Assembly: GCA_943371515.1 (NCBI GenBank)
Contig: CALRVC020000006.1
Location: 50,435 to 114,434 of the forward strand
Reading direction: 5' to 3'
DNA: 64,000 nucleotides
From: Synechococcus sp. UW140
GTDB taxonomy: Bacteria > Cyanobacteriota > Cyanobacteriia > PCC-6307 > Cyanobiaceae
In this document: piece by piece, positions 41,632 through 51,604 of the stretch
Position numbering within the stretch: the stretch's first letter is position 1
Layout of the letters: the number at the start of each line of letters is the position of its first letter
Notes under the pieces: generated by a model
Databases searched by the model: none
Told to the model about the DNA's origin: nothing
Seen by the model: the letters and a program-made list of their open reading frames with translations, nothing else
Translations under genes and position numbers: made by a program

Positions 41632-42479
41632 CGCTGGACCAACTGGAGAAAATCCTCAAGAGCCTGGACCGGCCCCGGGGGCCAGCGTCGGATCTCCAGC
41701 AACCATTCTGGCTGGCGGTAGCGGGGATCCAGACCCGAGGCTGCCGCCCAGTTGCTTTCCGCTTCGCCGGCGGCGCCCCGTTGCCAGAGCAGGGCCGTCA
41801 GGGCCGCCCGAGCGTCGGCGAAGAGGGGATAGCGGCGCACCAGCTTGCGCAGTTCCCGCTCGGCCTCGGCCGGCTCCCCCAGCTGGAAAGCAGCCAGGGC
41901 CGCACTGGAGCGGGCCATGGCAAAGCCCGGCCGGGCCGCCGCCGCCGCCTCGAAGCAGTCCCTGGCCTGATCCCAGTGACCAAGCGAACCTTCCACATTG
42001 CCGAGGTTGTAGAGGGCGGAAGCCTCCTCGGGATCCCGCTCCAGAATCCAGTGGTAATCGGCGGCGGCCAGGTCCCACTGGCCCAGGGCCTCTTCGGCGG
42101 TGCCGCGGTTGAGGTGGGGATCGGCGTTGACCGGATCAAGCGCCATCGCCTGCTCCTGGTCAGCGATCGCGGCCTCAGCCCGCCCCAGGGCGAGCTGCAC
42201 ATTGCCCCGGTTGCTCCAGGCGGCAGCATCGTTGGGAGCCTGCTCCAGCACCCGGTCCCAGAGGGGCAGGGCGTCACCGAAGCGGCCCTCGCGGCCAGCC
42301 GCGAGGGCCTGCTCGAACAACTGCTGCAGCGGCGCTGCTTTGGCGGGGCTGGCCCAGAGCGGTCGTGGGGCCGGCAGCAGCGCCAGAGCCACGGCAAGAC
42401 CGAGCGCCAGCAGGCCCCATCCCATGGCCCGCAAGCCAATCGCGCCGCACACCTGGAGCCCCTGGCGCCAGCCAGCCAT
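41628..42479 (-). CDS. Tetratricopeptide repeat protein
   Basis: Repeats AWSNRGN, PHLNRG, ALYNLGN; N-terminal signal-like segment. Confidence 0.88.
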   Translation of the reverse strand: MAGWRQGLQVCGAIGLRAMGWGLLALGLAVALALLPAPRPLWASPAKAAPLQQLFEQALAAGREGRFGDALPLWDRVLEQAPNDAAAWSNRGNVQLALGRAEAAIADQEQAMALDPVNADPHLNRGTAEEALGQWDLAAADYHWILERDPEEASALYNLGNVEGSLGHWDQARDCFEAAAAARPGFAMARSSAALAAFQLGEPAEAERELRKLVRRYPLFADARAALTALLWQRGAAGEAESNWAAASGLDPRYRQPEWLLEIRRWPPGPVQALEDFLQLVQR

Positions 42480-43558
42480 CAGGCGGCCTCAGGCCAGGCC
42501 AGATGACGCCGTGCCGCCTCGGTGGCCACCCGGCCCCTGGGGGTGCGTTGCAGGAATCCGAGCTGCAGCAGAAACGGCTCCACCACGGTTTCCAGGGTGA
42601 TCGGGTCTTCGCCGAGACCGGCGGCCAGGGTGTCGAGGCCCACGGGGCCGCCGCCGTAGCCACCGAGCAGCAACTCCAGCAGGCGGCGATCGCTGGCATC
42701 GAGGCCAAGGGCATCCACCCTGTGCAGGCTGAGGGCCTCGGCCACCAGCCCCGGGCCGATGCGCGCTTGCCCCTGAACGCTGGCCACATCCCGCACCCGC
42801 CGCAGCAGCCGGTTGGCGATGCGAGGCGTGCCGCGACAGCGGCGGGCCACCTCCACAGCCGCCTCCGCCTCCAGCACCAGACCGATCAACCCGGCGGCCC
42901 GCTCGACGATCGCCCGCAGGTCGTCGACGGTGTAAAACTCCAGCCGCTGGATCAGCCCGAAGCGATCGCGCAGGGGTGAGCTGAGGGCTCCGGCCCGCGT
43001 GGTGGCGCCCACCAGGGTGAAAGGGGCCAGCGGCACCGCCCGGGTGCGGGCCGTGGTGCCCTTGCCAACGGTGAGGTCGAGGCGGAAGTCCTCCATCGCC
43101 GGATAGAGAAGTTCCTCGGCCACGCGGTTGAGCCGGTGGATCTCATCGATGAACAGCAGCTCGTTCGGGCGCAGGTTCACCAGCAGACCGACGATGTCGC
43201 GCGGCCGCTCCAGGGCGGGGGCGCTGGTGATGCGGCAGCGCACGCCCAGTTCCTCCGCCAGCACCAGCGCCATGGTGGTCTTGCCGAGGCCGGGGGGGCC
43301 GTAGAGCAAAACATGGTCGAGGGCCTCCGCCCGCTGACGCGTGGCCTCCACGGCGATACCCAGCACCTGCTTGAGCTCGCTCTGGCCGATGTAATCACTG
43401 AGGCGCCGCGGCCGCAGGCCGTCCTCCCGGTTGGGTAGGGGGGCCTCCTCTTCAGCCTCGAGCGGATCGAGGCTGCGGCTTGCCGTCTGCTGGCGTGGAT
43501 CCAGCAGCCGCGGTGGCGGCTGGGCGCCGGATCCGGCTGCGGAGGAGACGATCGCCAT
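42479..43558 (-). CDS. ruvB: Holliday junction branch migration helicase RuvB
   Basis: [38 protein letters not shown] and RTPRGR motifs. Confidence 0.99.
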   Translation of the reverse strand: MAIVSSAAGSGAQPPPRLLDPRQQTASRSLDPLEAEEEAPLPNREDGLRPRRLSDYIGQSELKQVLGIAVEATRQRAEALDHVLLYGPPGLGKTTMALVLAEELGVRCRITSAPALERPRDIVGLLVNLRPNELLFIDEIHRLNRVAEELLYPAMEDFRLDLTVGKGTTARTRAVPLAPFTLVGATTRAGALSSPLRDRFGLIQRLEFYTVDDLRAIVERAAGLIGLVLEAEAAVEVARRCRGTPRIANRLLRRVRDVASVQGQARIGPGLVAEALSLHRVDALGLDASDRRLLELLLGGYGGGPVGLDTLAAGLGEDPITLETVVEPFLLQLGFLQRTPRGRVATEAARRHLAWPEAA

Positions 43559-43617
43559 GGCCCTGAGAGTAGGCAGGCCAGGACGTGGATAGGGTCAGTT
43601 CAGCAGAGGGGAGGCCG

Positions 43618-44115
43618 ATGGCCAAAGGCGCGGGCAAGAAGGCGGCCAGGGCGGCACGGGATGCCGCCAACCGGCTGCTGGCCGACAACCGCTTCGCACG
43701 ACATCAATACGAGATCCTCGAAACCCTGGAAACGGGCATCGAGCTGGTGGGCACCGAGGTGAAGTCGATCCGGGCGGGCAAGGCCAACCTGCGCGACGGC
43801 TTCGGCCTGATCCGCAACGGTGAACTCCAGCTGCACAACGTGCACATCTCCCCCCACAGCCACGCGGGCGCTTACTTCAACCACGAGCCTCTGCGCACCC
43901 GCAAGCTGCTGGCCCACCGCAAGGAGATCGACAAGCTGCGGGTGGCCGTCGACCAGAAGGGCCTCACCCTGGTGCCGCTGAATCTGCACCTCAAGGGCTC
44001 CTGGATCAAACTCACCCTGGGGCTGGCCAAAGGCCGCAAGCTGCACGACAAGCGCCAGGATGAGCGGCGCAAGGACGCCGACCGGGAGGTGCGTTCGGCC
44101 CTGGCGCGGATCTGA
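43618..44115 (+). CDS. smpB: SsrA-binding protein
   Basis: [20 protein letters not shown] and KGRKLHDKR motifs. Confidence 0.98.
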   Translation: MAKGAGKKAARAARDAANRLLADNRFARHQYEILETLETGIELVGTEVKSIRAGKANLRDGFGLIRNGELQLHNVHISPHSHAGAYFNHEPLRTRKLLAHRKEIDKLRVAVDQKGLTLVPLNLHLKGSWIKLTLGLAKGRKLHDKRQDERRKDADREVRSALARI

Positions 44116-44180
44116 CCCCCACCCCGATCCGCCCGGCTTGCACGCCATACAGTCGCTTCGCTCCATCGCCTGCAGCAGAT

Positions 44181-45179
44181 ATGTCGGCATTGACGCGCTG
44201 CCTGCAGGAAGAGGCCGCAGCCATCGCCGCAACGGCCGGCCGGCTGGACAGCCATCAGGTGGATGCGGCCCTGGTTCTGCTGGACCGCTGCGCCGACGAG
44301 CGCGCCAAGCTGGTGATCACCGGGGTGGGCAAGAGCGGCATCGTGGCGCGCAAGATCGCCGCCACCTTCTCCTCGATCGGGCTGATGGCCCTCTACCTCA
44401 ACCCCCTCGACGCCCTGCACGGGGATCTGGGAGTGGTGGCCCCCCAGGACGTGGTGTTGCTGCTCTCGAATAGCGGCGAGACCCAGGAACTGCTGGAGAT
44501 CCTGCCCCACCTGCGCCGCCGCGGCACCGGCCGCATCGCCCTGGTGGGCCGGGTGGCCTCGAGCCTGGCCCGGGGCTGCGAGGTGGTGCTCGATGGCTCC
44601 GTCGACCGGGAAGTGTGCCCCCTCAACCTGGCGCCCACGGCCAGCACCGCCGTGGCGATGGCGATCGGCGATGCCCTGGCGGCGGTGTGGATGGAGCGAC
44701 GCGGCATCTCACCAGCCGATTTCGCCCTCAACCATCCTGCCGGTGCCCTGGGCAAGCAACTCACCCTCACGGTGGGTGATCTGATGGTGCCGACCGCTCA
44801 GCTGCATCCCCTTGAGGAGGGCGCCAGCCTCAGCGACGTGATCGCCAGGCTCACCGGCGATGGGGTGGGGGCCTGCTGGGTCAGCCGTGCCGACAACGAC
44901 TCCCTGCTGGCTGGGCTGATCACCGATGGCGACCTGCGCCGGGCCCTGGAGCATCATGCTCCGGCCACGTGGGGGGAACTGCAGGCCACCGATCTGATGA
45001 CCGTCGACCCGATCACCGTGGGGGCGGATCTGCTGGCGGTGCAGGCGCTCGAGCGGATGGAGCACAATCGGCGCAAGCCGATCGGTGTGCTGCCTGTGCT
45101 GGCAGACGGGGGGCCGATGCTGGGGTTGCTGCGCCTGCACGATCTGGTACAGGCGGGCCTGGCGCCGGGAGCAGTCTGA
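44181..45179 (+). CDS. kdsD: Arabinose-5-phosphate isomerase (KpsF/GutQ; SIS + CBS)
   Basis: TGVGKSG, HGDLG, SNSGET, LAPTAST, HPAGALG and ITDGDLRR motifs. Confidence 0.95.
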   Translation: MSALTRCLQEEAAAIAATAGRLDSHQVDAALVLLDRCADERAKLVITGVGKSGIVARKIAATFSSIGLMALYLNPLDALHGDLGVVAPQDVVLLLSNSGETQELLEILPHLRRRGTGRIALVGRVASSLARGCEVVLDGSVDREVCPLNLAPTASTAVAMAIGDALAAVWMERRGISPADFALNHPAGALGKQLTLTVGDLMVPTAQLHPLEEGASLSDVIARLTGDGVGACWVSRADNDSLLAGLITDGDLRRALEHHAPATWGELQATDLMTVDPITVGADLLAVQALERMEHNRRKPIGVLPVLADGGPMLGLLRLHDLVQAGLAPGAV

Positions 45180-45183
45180 GCGC

Positions 45184-46026
45184 TCAGCCGTCTGCCGTCG
45201 CTGCGATCGCCCGGGCCTGCTCCAGCTGCTCGGCGGTGTCCACCGAGAGGAAATCACCGTCCACGGGGAACGTGCCCACCGGGATGCCGGCCTCGATCAG
45301 CCGCAGCTGCTCGAGCTTCTCGGTGTGCTCCAGGGGGGAGTGGGGCAGATGCGCCCAGCGGGCGAGCACGTCGGCCCGGTAGCCGTAGATGCCCACGTGC
45401 CCCCAGTAGGGAACGTGCCGGGACCAGTCAGCGGACTCGACGCCACGGACGTGCGGGATCGCCGAGCGGGAGAAGTAGAGGGCACGACCGTCCGCCGCCA
45501 GCAGCGTCTTGACCACATTCGGGTTGTGCACCTTCTCCGCACCCATGCGGTACACCGGGGTGAGCACGGCGGGGGCTGGCGTGGTGCTGGCGAAGACCTC
45601 GGCCATCGCATCGATCACCGCCGGATCAATGAAAGGTTGATCCCCCTGGACGTTGATGATCACCGTACGGGCAGGGTCAGGCGGGGCAGCGTCCGCCCCG
45701 GCGACTGCGGTCGCGGCCAGGGCCGTGAGCGCGTCCACCACCGAAGCGAGGCGGTCGCTGCCGGAGCTGCAGGAGGCCGCTGTCATCAGGACGGGGAAAC
45801 CCCAGCCCTCGGCCTCCTGCCGCAGCAGGTCGCTGTCGGTGCAGAGCACCACCGCTGCGGCCCGCCGGGACTGCCGGCAGCACTCCAGCACCCGCCGCAG
45901 CATCGGCTGCCCGCCGATTTCGGCCATCACCTTGTTCGGCAGCCGGGAAGACTCCAGCCGGGCGGGTACCGCCACCAGGTAGCGCCAGGGGGCCGCTGCC
46001 TCCTGCTGCAGGTCTGCCTCGTTCAC
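45184..46026 (-). CDS. kdsB: CMP-Kdo synthetase
   Basis: PARLESSRLPNK, SGSDR, NVQGDQP, ALYFSRSAIP, HVGIYGY, EKLEQLR and SVDT motifs; GTG start at 46026. Confidence 0.93.
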   Translation of the reverse strand: MNEADLQQEAAAPWRYLVAVPARLESSRLPNKVMAEIGGQPMLRRVLECCRQSRRAAAVVLCTDSDLLRQEAEGWGFPVLMTAASCSSGSDRLASVVDALTALAATAVAGADAAPPDPARTVIINVQGDQPFIDPAVIDAMAEVFASTTPAPAVLTPVYRMGAEKVHNPNVVKTLLAADGRALYFSRSAIPHVRGVESADWSRHVPYWGHVGIYGYRADVLARWAHLPHSPLEHTEKLEQLRLIEAGIPVGTFPVDGDFLSVDTAEQLEQARAIAATADG

Positions 46027-46054
46027 CGCAGGGCCCCGGTCGCTGCTGCGGAGC

Positions 46055-46564
46055 CTATCGCCAGGCCGCAGTGAGCTCCCTGGCTTGGCGCACCAGCTGC
46101 TCCACCTGCCGCTCTGGCGCCGCGGCCCGCTCACCCGCAGACACCGCCCGGTAAAGGTCCGCCACCCTCCAGGCCTCACTGCCAGGGTCGTCCCCGTGGC
46201 GGGGAATGAGATGAACATGCAGATGCCGGGCCCCTTCACCGAAGGCGATCGCATACACCCGCCCGCAGCCAGTGAGCTTTTGCACAAGGGAGCTGCAGCG
46301 CTGCAGCATCGGACCGAAGGCCACGGCCTCCTCCGGCAGGAAGTCGATCGGTCCACCGAGATGGCGACGGGCATCCAGCAGCAGCCAACCCGCCAGGGGT
46401 GCCGGCCGGGGGTGATGGCGCAGCAGCCAGAGGTCCTGGCGAAGGATTTCGTCACTGGCCACGGCCTCCCCATCGCCATGGAGGCGGCAGATGCCACAGA
46501 GGGCCTCGCCGCTTGGCTGACCGGGGCCATCCTGCGAAGCTGCGCTCAGCCGCGGGTCGCTCAT
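46055..46564 (-). CDS. HIT family hydrolase
   Basis: CGIC, then HLHVHLIPR histidine triad. Confidence 0.88.
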   Translation of the reverse strand: MSDPRLSAASQDGPGQPSGEALCGICRLHGDGEAVASDEILRQDLWLLRHHPRPAPLAGWLLLDARRHLGGPIDFLPEEAVAFGPMLQRCSSLVQKLTGCGRVYAIAFGEGARHLHVHLIPRHGDDPGSEAWRVADLYRAVSAGERAAAPERQVEQLVRQARELTAAWR

Positions 46565-46586
46565 CACTGCCGTTCCTCCCGGTTCC

Positions 46587-47528
46587 GTGCCCGTGGTGCT
46601 CAGCGTGGCGTACCACAGCCTCGACGCCCTGCAGCAGCTGGGGTGTGATCTGGCCCGCCAGAGCCTGCACCCGTTCTGCTGGTTGGTGGTGGACAACAGC
46701 CCGCAGTCGGCGCCGCTGCGGGCCAGCGACCTCATCGCCGGCGGCGTGCTGCAGCTGGAGCTGGTGGCGGGCCTTGAAGGGGATGGCTTCGGGGCAGGCT
46801 GCAACCGGGGCTTCGAGTACCTGGCCGGCCGGGGCTGGGAGGGCTGGATCTGGCTGCTCAATCCCGACACCGCCCTGCCAACCGGCCATGAACTGGAGCG
46901 GCTGAGCGAGGCCCTGGCGCAACTGCCGCCCCGGGCGCTGCTGGGCACCGCCGTGCGCGCCGGGAGCGGAGAGCTCGAGCCCAGCGGCGGCTGGATCGAT
47001 CCCGGCCTCGATTTCCGCCGGCGGCGGGTGGATGAGGCCAGCCTGGCCAATGCTTTCGCCACTGCTGTCGCCTCTGCCTCCGCCACTGCCATCCCTGGCG
47101 GCGCCGCGGTGCAGCTCGACTGGCTGAGCGGCTGCAGCCTGCTGATCCGGCCCAGCGCCCACCTCCCCCCGGCTCGCTTCGATCCCGCCTTCCCCCTTTA
47201 CTACGAAGACATGGACCTCTGCCTGCGGCTGGGGGCGGCGGGCGCCCCGGTGCTGTGGTGGCCGGCGCTGGCGGTGACCCACCAGCGGGGTGCGGGCAGC
47301 CACACACCCAGCGAGCGGCGTCAGCGACTCTCGACCCTGAGTTATCTGCGCTTCCTGCACCGCCACCGACCCGGCTGGGTGCTGGCCCTGCGCAACCTGA
47401 GGCTGCTGCTCATGACGCTGCTGCGGCTGCCGGGGCGGCCGAAACGCAGCTGGGCGACGCTGGTGGCGATGGCGGAGGCCATGGGTCCCTTCCCCACCGC
47501 TTCGCCGGCGGTTCCCCCAAGGCGATGA
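46587..47528 (+). CDS. GT2 glycosyltransferase (rhamnosyltransferase-like)
   Basis: VVDNS, GFGAGCNRG, LLNPDT, WLSGC and LYYEDMDLC motifs. Confidence 0.88.
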   Translation: MPVVLSVAYHSLDALQQLGCDLARQSLHPFCWLVVDNSPQSAPLRASDLIAGGVLQLELVAGLEGDGFGAGCNRGFEYLAGRGWEGWIWLLNPDTALPTGHELERLSEALAQLPPRALLGTAVRAGSGELEPSGGWIDPGLDFRRRRVDEASLANAFATAVASASATAIPGGAAVQLDWLSGCSLLIRPSAHLPPARFDPAFPLYYEDMDLCLRLGAAGAPVLWWPALAVTHQRGAGSHTPSERRQRLSTLSYLRFLHRHRPGWVLALRNLRLLLMTLLRLPGRPKRSWATLVAMAEAMGPFPTASPAVPPRR

Positions 47529-48601
47529 GTTCGGTGATGCCCCTGGCCCTCTTCAACGGCAGCTACCTCGGGCAGCGGCCAACAGGCATCGGCGTGGTGG
47601 CCCGGGAATTGGCGGCGGCCCTGGATCCGGCCCTGGTGCCGCTGCTGGATCCCTGCGGCGGCGATCGCCCCGGCAGCCTTGCCATCCCCGCCAACCTCTC
47701 GCCCGAGCACGGCCGCGCCGGCCACATGCGCCGCCTGCTCTGGACCCAGCGGGAGCTGCCGAAACTGCTGCGCCGCAGCGGGGCGCCGCTGCTGCTCTCG
47801 CCCCTTCCGGAAGCCCCCCTGGGACGGGGGGTGCGCTCAGTGGTGCTCGCCCACGACCTGCTGCCTCTCCGCTACCCGCAGCTCACCCCTCTGCTGGCGT
47901 ACCACCTGGCCTACGTGCCGCTGGTGCTGCACCGGGCCGTGCGCGTGCTCTGCAACTCCGAAGCCACGGCCAGGGAGGTGCACCAGCGCCTGGGAGTGCC
48001 CGCGAGGCGGTTGGTGCCGATCCGGCTGGGATTCAGCCCGGGGCTGCTGCGGCCCCTGGGGCTGGAGCGGCAACCGTTTTTCCTGGTGCTCGGCCGCCAC
48101 GACCCGCACAAGAATCTGGAGCGGGTCCTGCGGGCCTTCGCGGATCTGCGCGACCGCGACCACCGCCTGGCGCTGGTGGGCCCCCAGGATCCCCGTTACA
48201 CCCCCCGCCTGCGGCGTCTGGCCAGTGAGCTGGGCATCGCCGACCGCTGCGACTGGCGCGAGTGGGTGAGCGATCAGGAACGGCTGGACTTACTCAACCG
48301 CTGCCGTGGGCTGGTGATGGCCAGCCTCTGGGAAGGATTCGGGCTGCCGGCCCTGGAGGGGATGGCCTGCGGCGCCCCCGTGATCGCCGCCGAGGCCGGG
48401 GCCCTGCCGGAAGTGGTGGGAGAGGCGGCCCTGCGGGTGGATCCCCGCTCGGTGGCCGCCATCGGCTCGGCCATGGCGGCCCTGATCCAGCAACCGGGCC
48501 TCGCCGCTCAGCTGGGGGAGGCGGGCCTGCTCCAGGCCGCCCGCTTCCGCTGGGAGGACACCGGCCGAGCGGTGGAAGAACTGCTGCGGCAACTGGCCTG
48601 A
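47525..48601 (+). CDS. GT4 glycosyltransferase
   Basis: HDLLPL, CNSEAT, PHKNL, SLWEGFGLPALEGMACG. Confidence 0.93.
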   Translation: MSSVMPLALFNGSYLGQRPTGIGVVARELAAALDPALVPLLDPCGGDRPGSLAIPANLSPEHGRAGHMRRLLWTQRELPKLLRRSGAPLLLSPLPEAPLGRGVRSVVLAHDLLPLRYPQLTPLLAYHLAYVPLVLHRAVRVLCNSEATAREVHQRLGVPARRLVPIRLGFSPGLLRPLGLERQPFFLVLGRHDPHKNLERVLRAFADLRDRDHRLALVGPQDPRYTPRLRRLASELGIADRCDWREWVSDQERLDLLNRCRGLVMASLWEGFGLPALEGMACGAPVIAAEAGALPEVVGEAALRVDPRSVAAIGSAMAALIQQPGLAAQLGEAGLLQAARFRWEDTGRAVEELLRQLA

Positions 48602-48612
48602 GCCGAGCTTGG

Positions 48613-49485
48613 TCAGACCAGGCTCACCGCCGGATCCCGGCTGGCCAGGCGAGTCACCAAGGCACGCAGGTGGGAATCACTGCTGGCCGGCAGGGCCACC
48701 AGCAGGGGCGATCCAGCCGGACGCAGGGCCAGGGCCGCCAAAAGGGCCATGCTCTCCCCCACCACGATCAGGCCCGAAAACCGGGCGATGCGCTGCTCCA
48801 GCGCGATCAGGACTTCACTCCCCCCTTGGGATGCCTCACACGGCAACGGCCACGACCGTTTCGAGCGCACCGGATGAGGGACCAGCTGCCACGGCCGGGG
48901 TAGCTGGTCCACTGTCGCCATCAGCCGCTCCACCCCGGGGGAATCCACGATCAGGCTGCCCTGGTGTGCACCTGGTGGGGGGGCAACGGGCCCGGGCGCG
49001 GATTGATAAAGCGGCCCGAGCTCCAGCACGTGGAAGCGCTCGCACCAGGGGGCCCGACTCTCGCGCTGGTCGGAGAAAAGGGCGAGGGGCGTTCCCGGCG
49101 GGAAGCGCCCGGGGTCGAGGGCCCGGGGCTGGCCGCGGTACTGATCGAGGCCGTCATCGAGCAGAAGCAGGCGGGGGCAGCGACGTACCAGCCAGCGCAG
49201 GGCTCGGCCCGCTCCACGGAGGTGGGGCAGACGCACCTCACCGACGAGCCCGAGGGTGGTGAGCAGGGCCAGGACAGCCATCACCGTCGGCTGGATCGGC
49301 AGGCGCAGGGGCCAGAGCTGACGGTCTTCGCGCTCCAGGCACAGGCGGCTGCCTTCGAGCACCAGCACCTGCAGCATCGGCGTGGCCCAGTGCCACCGCG
49401 ACGGCGAATCCGGCGCCGCCCCCCTGCGCAGGCGCCGTGCCGCCTCAAGGTTGATCCCGTTGAAGACGAAGGTGAGGCGGATCAC
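48613..49485 (-). CDS. Hypothetical GT-B-like protein with DDG and HP motifs
   Basis: LLLDDGLDQY and LVPHPVR; open frame inside the glycan cluster. Confidence 0.5.
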   Translation of the reverse strand: MIRLTFVFNGINLEAARRLRRGAAPDSPSRWHWATPMLQVLVLEGSRLCLEREDRQLWPLRLPIQPTVMAVLALLTTLGLVGEVRLPHLRGAGRALRWLVRRCPRLLLLDDGLDQYRGQPRALDPGRFPPGTPLALFSDQRESRAPWCERFHVLELGPLYQSAPGPVAPPPGAHQGSLIVDSPGVERLMATVDQLPRPWQLVPHPVRSKRSWPLPCEASQGGSEVLIALEQRIARFSGLIVVGESMALLAALALRPAGSPLLVALPASSDSHLRALVTRLASRDPAVSLV

Positions 49486-49513
49486 AGGGGCGCTGGGGCG
49501 GGTGGGGCTGCGC

Positions 49514-50521
49514 TCACGACGGCCGTCCGGCCACCCGCTTCATCCCCTGCAGGCGGCCGCGGCCCAGGGACAGCAGCCAGACCGGCAGCTCCAGCAACCG
49601 CCGGCCCGTCTGCCAATGCAGTCGATGCCACCAGTGCACCGGCCAGACCCCGTGGCGATCGAGGGGCACCAGCTTGATCGGCAGCCGCTCCAGAAAGATC
49701 TCGGGGATGGCCAGGAAGCAGCCCCAGAACACCATGCGCCGGGCGTGATCAATTTCATCAGCAGTGTCCGCCGGGAGCTTCGGCAGGCTGCCGGGCTCCA
49801 GGCGCCAGAGGCCGGGCTGGATCTGCTGATAACGGGACCGGCGACTGGCGGTGCCCCAGGGGCAGTGGGCCGCCACCAGGCGGTTACCGAGGCGGGAGGC
49901 CCGCATCGTGGCCAGGCCAAGGCTGTGACGCAGGCTGCCGCGGCCATTCGCCCGCGGCTGGCCCATGCGCTCCTCGTTCGAATGGGTGATCACCCCGATC
50001 GCAGCGACTGGGATCTCCCCCAGGGACCAACCCTGCTGGAAGGCCAGCCGGGCGCGCAGGTCCTTGTCCTCGAAGCCCCAGCCCCGCATGCACTCGTTGA
50101 AGCCTCCCACCGCCTCGAAGCGCTCGCGGGTCATCAGGAACTGGCCGTAGCGGCCCTCGGTCCCGGTGCCCACCCAAAGGGATCCATCCACCAACAGAGC
50201 CTCCGGATCGAAGTCGGCCGTGGGCCAGCAGTCGGCGTCCATGCGGATCAGCCGATCGCCATGGGCCTGGGCGAGGGCGAAGTTGTAAGCGCGGGAGGGG
50301 TTCCAGCGGGTCTCCCCCTCGACGCGCAGCAGACGCAGGCGCGGATCGGGCGGCAGATCGGAGCGGCGCAGGGGCTCGTCACTGCTCCAGTCGACCACCA
50401 GGTGTTCCTGGTGATGGGGCCAGGCGGCTACCGCGGCGGCGGAGCGCAGCAGGTGCTCGCGCCGGTTCATGCAGACGGTGACCAAGCTGAGGGAAGGGAT
50501 CGCGCCCACGGGAGATGGCAC
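49514..50521 (-). CDS. GT2/GT7-like glycosyltransferase, paralogue B
   Basis: VTVCMNR, VVDWSS, RMDADCW and GGFNE..RGWGFEDKDL motifs. Confidence 0.85.
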   Translation of the reverse strand: MPSPVGAIPSLSLVTVCMNRREHLLRSAAAVAAWPHHQEHLVVDWSSDEPLRRSDLPPDPRLRLLRVEGETRWNPSRAYNFALAQAHGDRLIRMDADCWPTADFDPEALLVDGSLWVGTGTEGRYGQFLMTRERFEAVGGFNECMRGWGFEDKDLRARLAFQQGWSLGEIPVAAIGVITHSNEERMGQPRANGRGSLRHSLGLATMRASRLGNRLVAAHCPWGTASRRSRYQQIQPGLWRLEPGSLPKLPADTADEIDHARRMVFWGCFLAIPEIFLERLPIKLVPLDRHGVWPVHWWHRLHWQTGRRLLELPVWLLSLGRGRLQGMKRVAGRPS

Positions 50522-50541
50522 GCTCAATGTAAGAATGGGAC

Positions 50542-51573
50542 TCAGCGGCGTTCCCGGCGGCGGCGGGCCAGCTGCAAGGCCTCGCGCACCAGGGCCAGGG
50601 CGAGCACAGGCAGCTGCAGCAGCTGGCGGCCGCTGACCCAGTAGAGGCGATGCCACCAGCGCACCGGCCAGGGCCCGCCCCGCGCCGGGGGCAGCAGGGG
50701 GTAAGGCATCTGCTCGAGAAACACCTCCGGAATCGCCAGGAAGGTGCCCCAGAAGGTCATGCGCCGGGCGTGCTCCACTTCCTCCTGCAGCGCCGGCGAG
50801 GGCTGGGGAAGGCTGCCCGGCTCCAGCCGCCACACCCCCTGGGGCTGCTCCAGGTAGCGGGAAGCCCGAGAGCGCCGGCCCCAGGGCTGCTGGGCAGCCA
50901 GCAACCGGTTGGCCAGGCGGGAGGCCCGCATGGCGGCAAACCCCTGGGAGCGCCGCAGCCCGAAGGGGCCAGCGGCCGGAGCCTGCTCAGCCCGCTCCTC
51001 ATCGGAATGGGGGATCACCACCAACCATTCGGCAGGGATACGGGCCGGCTCCACACCGAGACGCTGCACCAGCCGCGCCGCCAGGTCCTTGTCGTCGAAG
51101 CCGTAGCCCACCAGCACTTCATTGTAGCCACCCACCTCCGCCAGCAGGGAGCGGTCCATCAGGAACTGGCCCTTGCGGCCCTCAGGCCCACTGCCGAGGG
51201 CACAGAGCATCGTCTGGTCGACGGCTCCCAGGACGGGGTCAGGGGCTTCGAGGGCCACCATCAACGCGGCGGCGACAGGATCGAATCGCTCGCTCGGCCA
51301 GCAATCCGCATCCAGCTTCAGCAACAGGGAACCGCGGGCACGGGCGATGGCGAAGTTGTAGGCGCGGCAGAGGTTCCAGCGGTCTTCCCCCTCCACCCGC
51401 AGCAGCCGCAGGCGGGGATCCGCGGGCAGGTCCTCGCGGCGCAGGGGCTCGGTGCTGCTCCAGTCCACGATCAGGTGTTCGTTGTGGTGGGGCCAGCGAC
51501 TGAGGGCGGCGGCGGAGCGCAGCAGGTGGGCGCGGCGGTTCATGCAGACCGTGACCACGCTCAGTTCCGGCAC
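50542..51573 (-). CDS. GT2/GT7-like glycosyltransferase, paralogue A
   Basis: VTVCMNR, IVDWSS, KLDADCW and GGYNE..VGYGFDDKDL motifs. Confidence 0.85.
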   Translation of the reverse strand: MPELSVVTVCMNRRAHLLRSAAALSRWPHHNEHLIVDWSSTEPLRREDLPADPRLRLLRVEGEDRWNLCRAYNFAIARARGSLLLKLDADCWPSERFDPVAAALMVALEAPDPVLGAVDQTMLCALGSGPEGRKGQFLMDRSLLAEVGGYNEVLVGYGFDDKDLAARLVQRLGVEPARIPAEWLVVIPHSDEERAEQAPAAGPFGLRRSQGFAAMRASRLANRLLAAQQPWGRRSRASRYLEQPQGVWRLEPGSLPQPSPALQEEVEHARRMTFWGTFLAIPEVFLEQMPYPLLPPARGGPWPVRWWHRLYWVSGRQLLQLPVLALALVREALQLARRRRERR

Positions 51574-51604
51574 CGTCGGCTCCGTCTCGCGCGCTGCCAA
51601 CAGG

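Noticed and set aside
45184-46530. Apparent 448-aa N-terminally extended KdsB or HIT-KdsB fusion
   Set aside because: The HIT motifs are in a different frame with their own stop at 46055. The extension is an off-frame read of the HIT gene, and KdsB homology starts near 46026.
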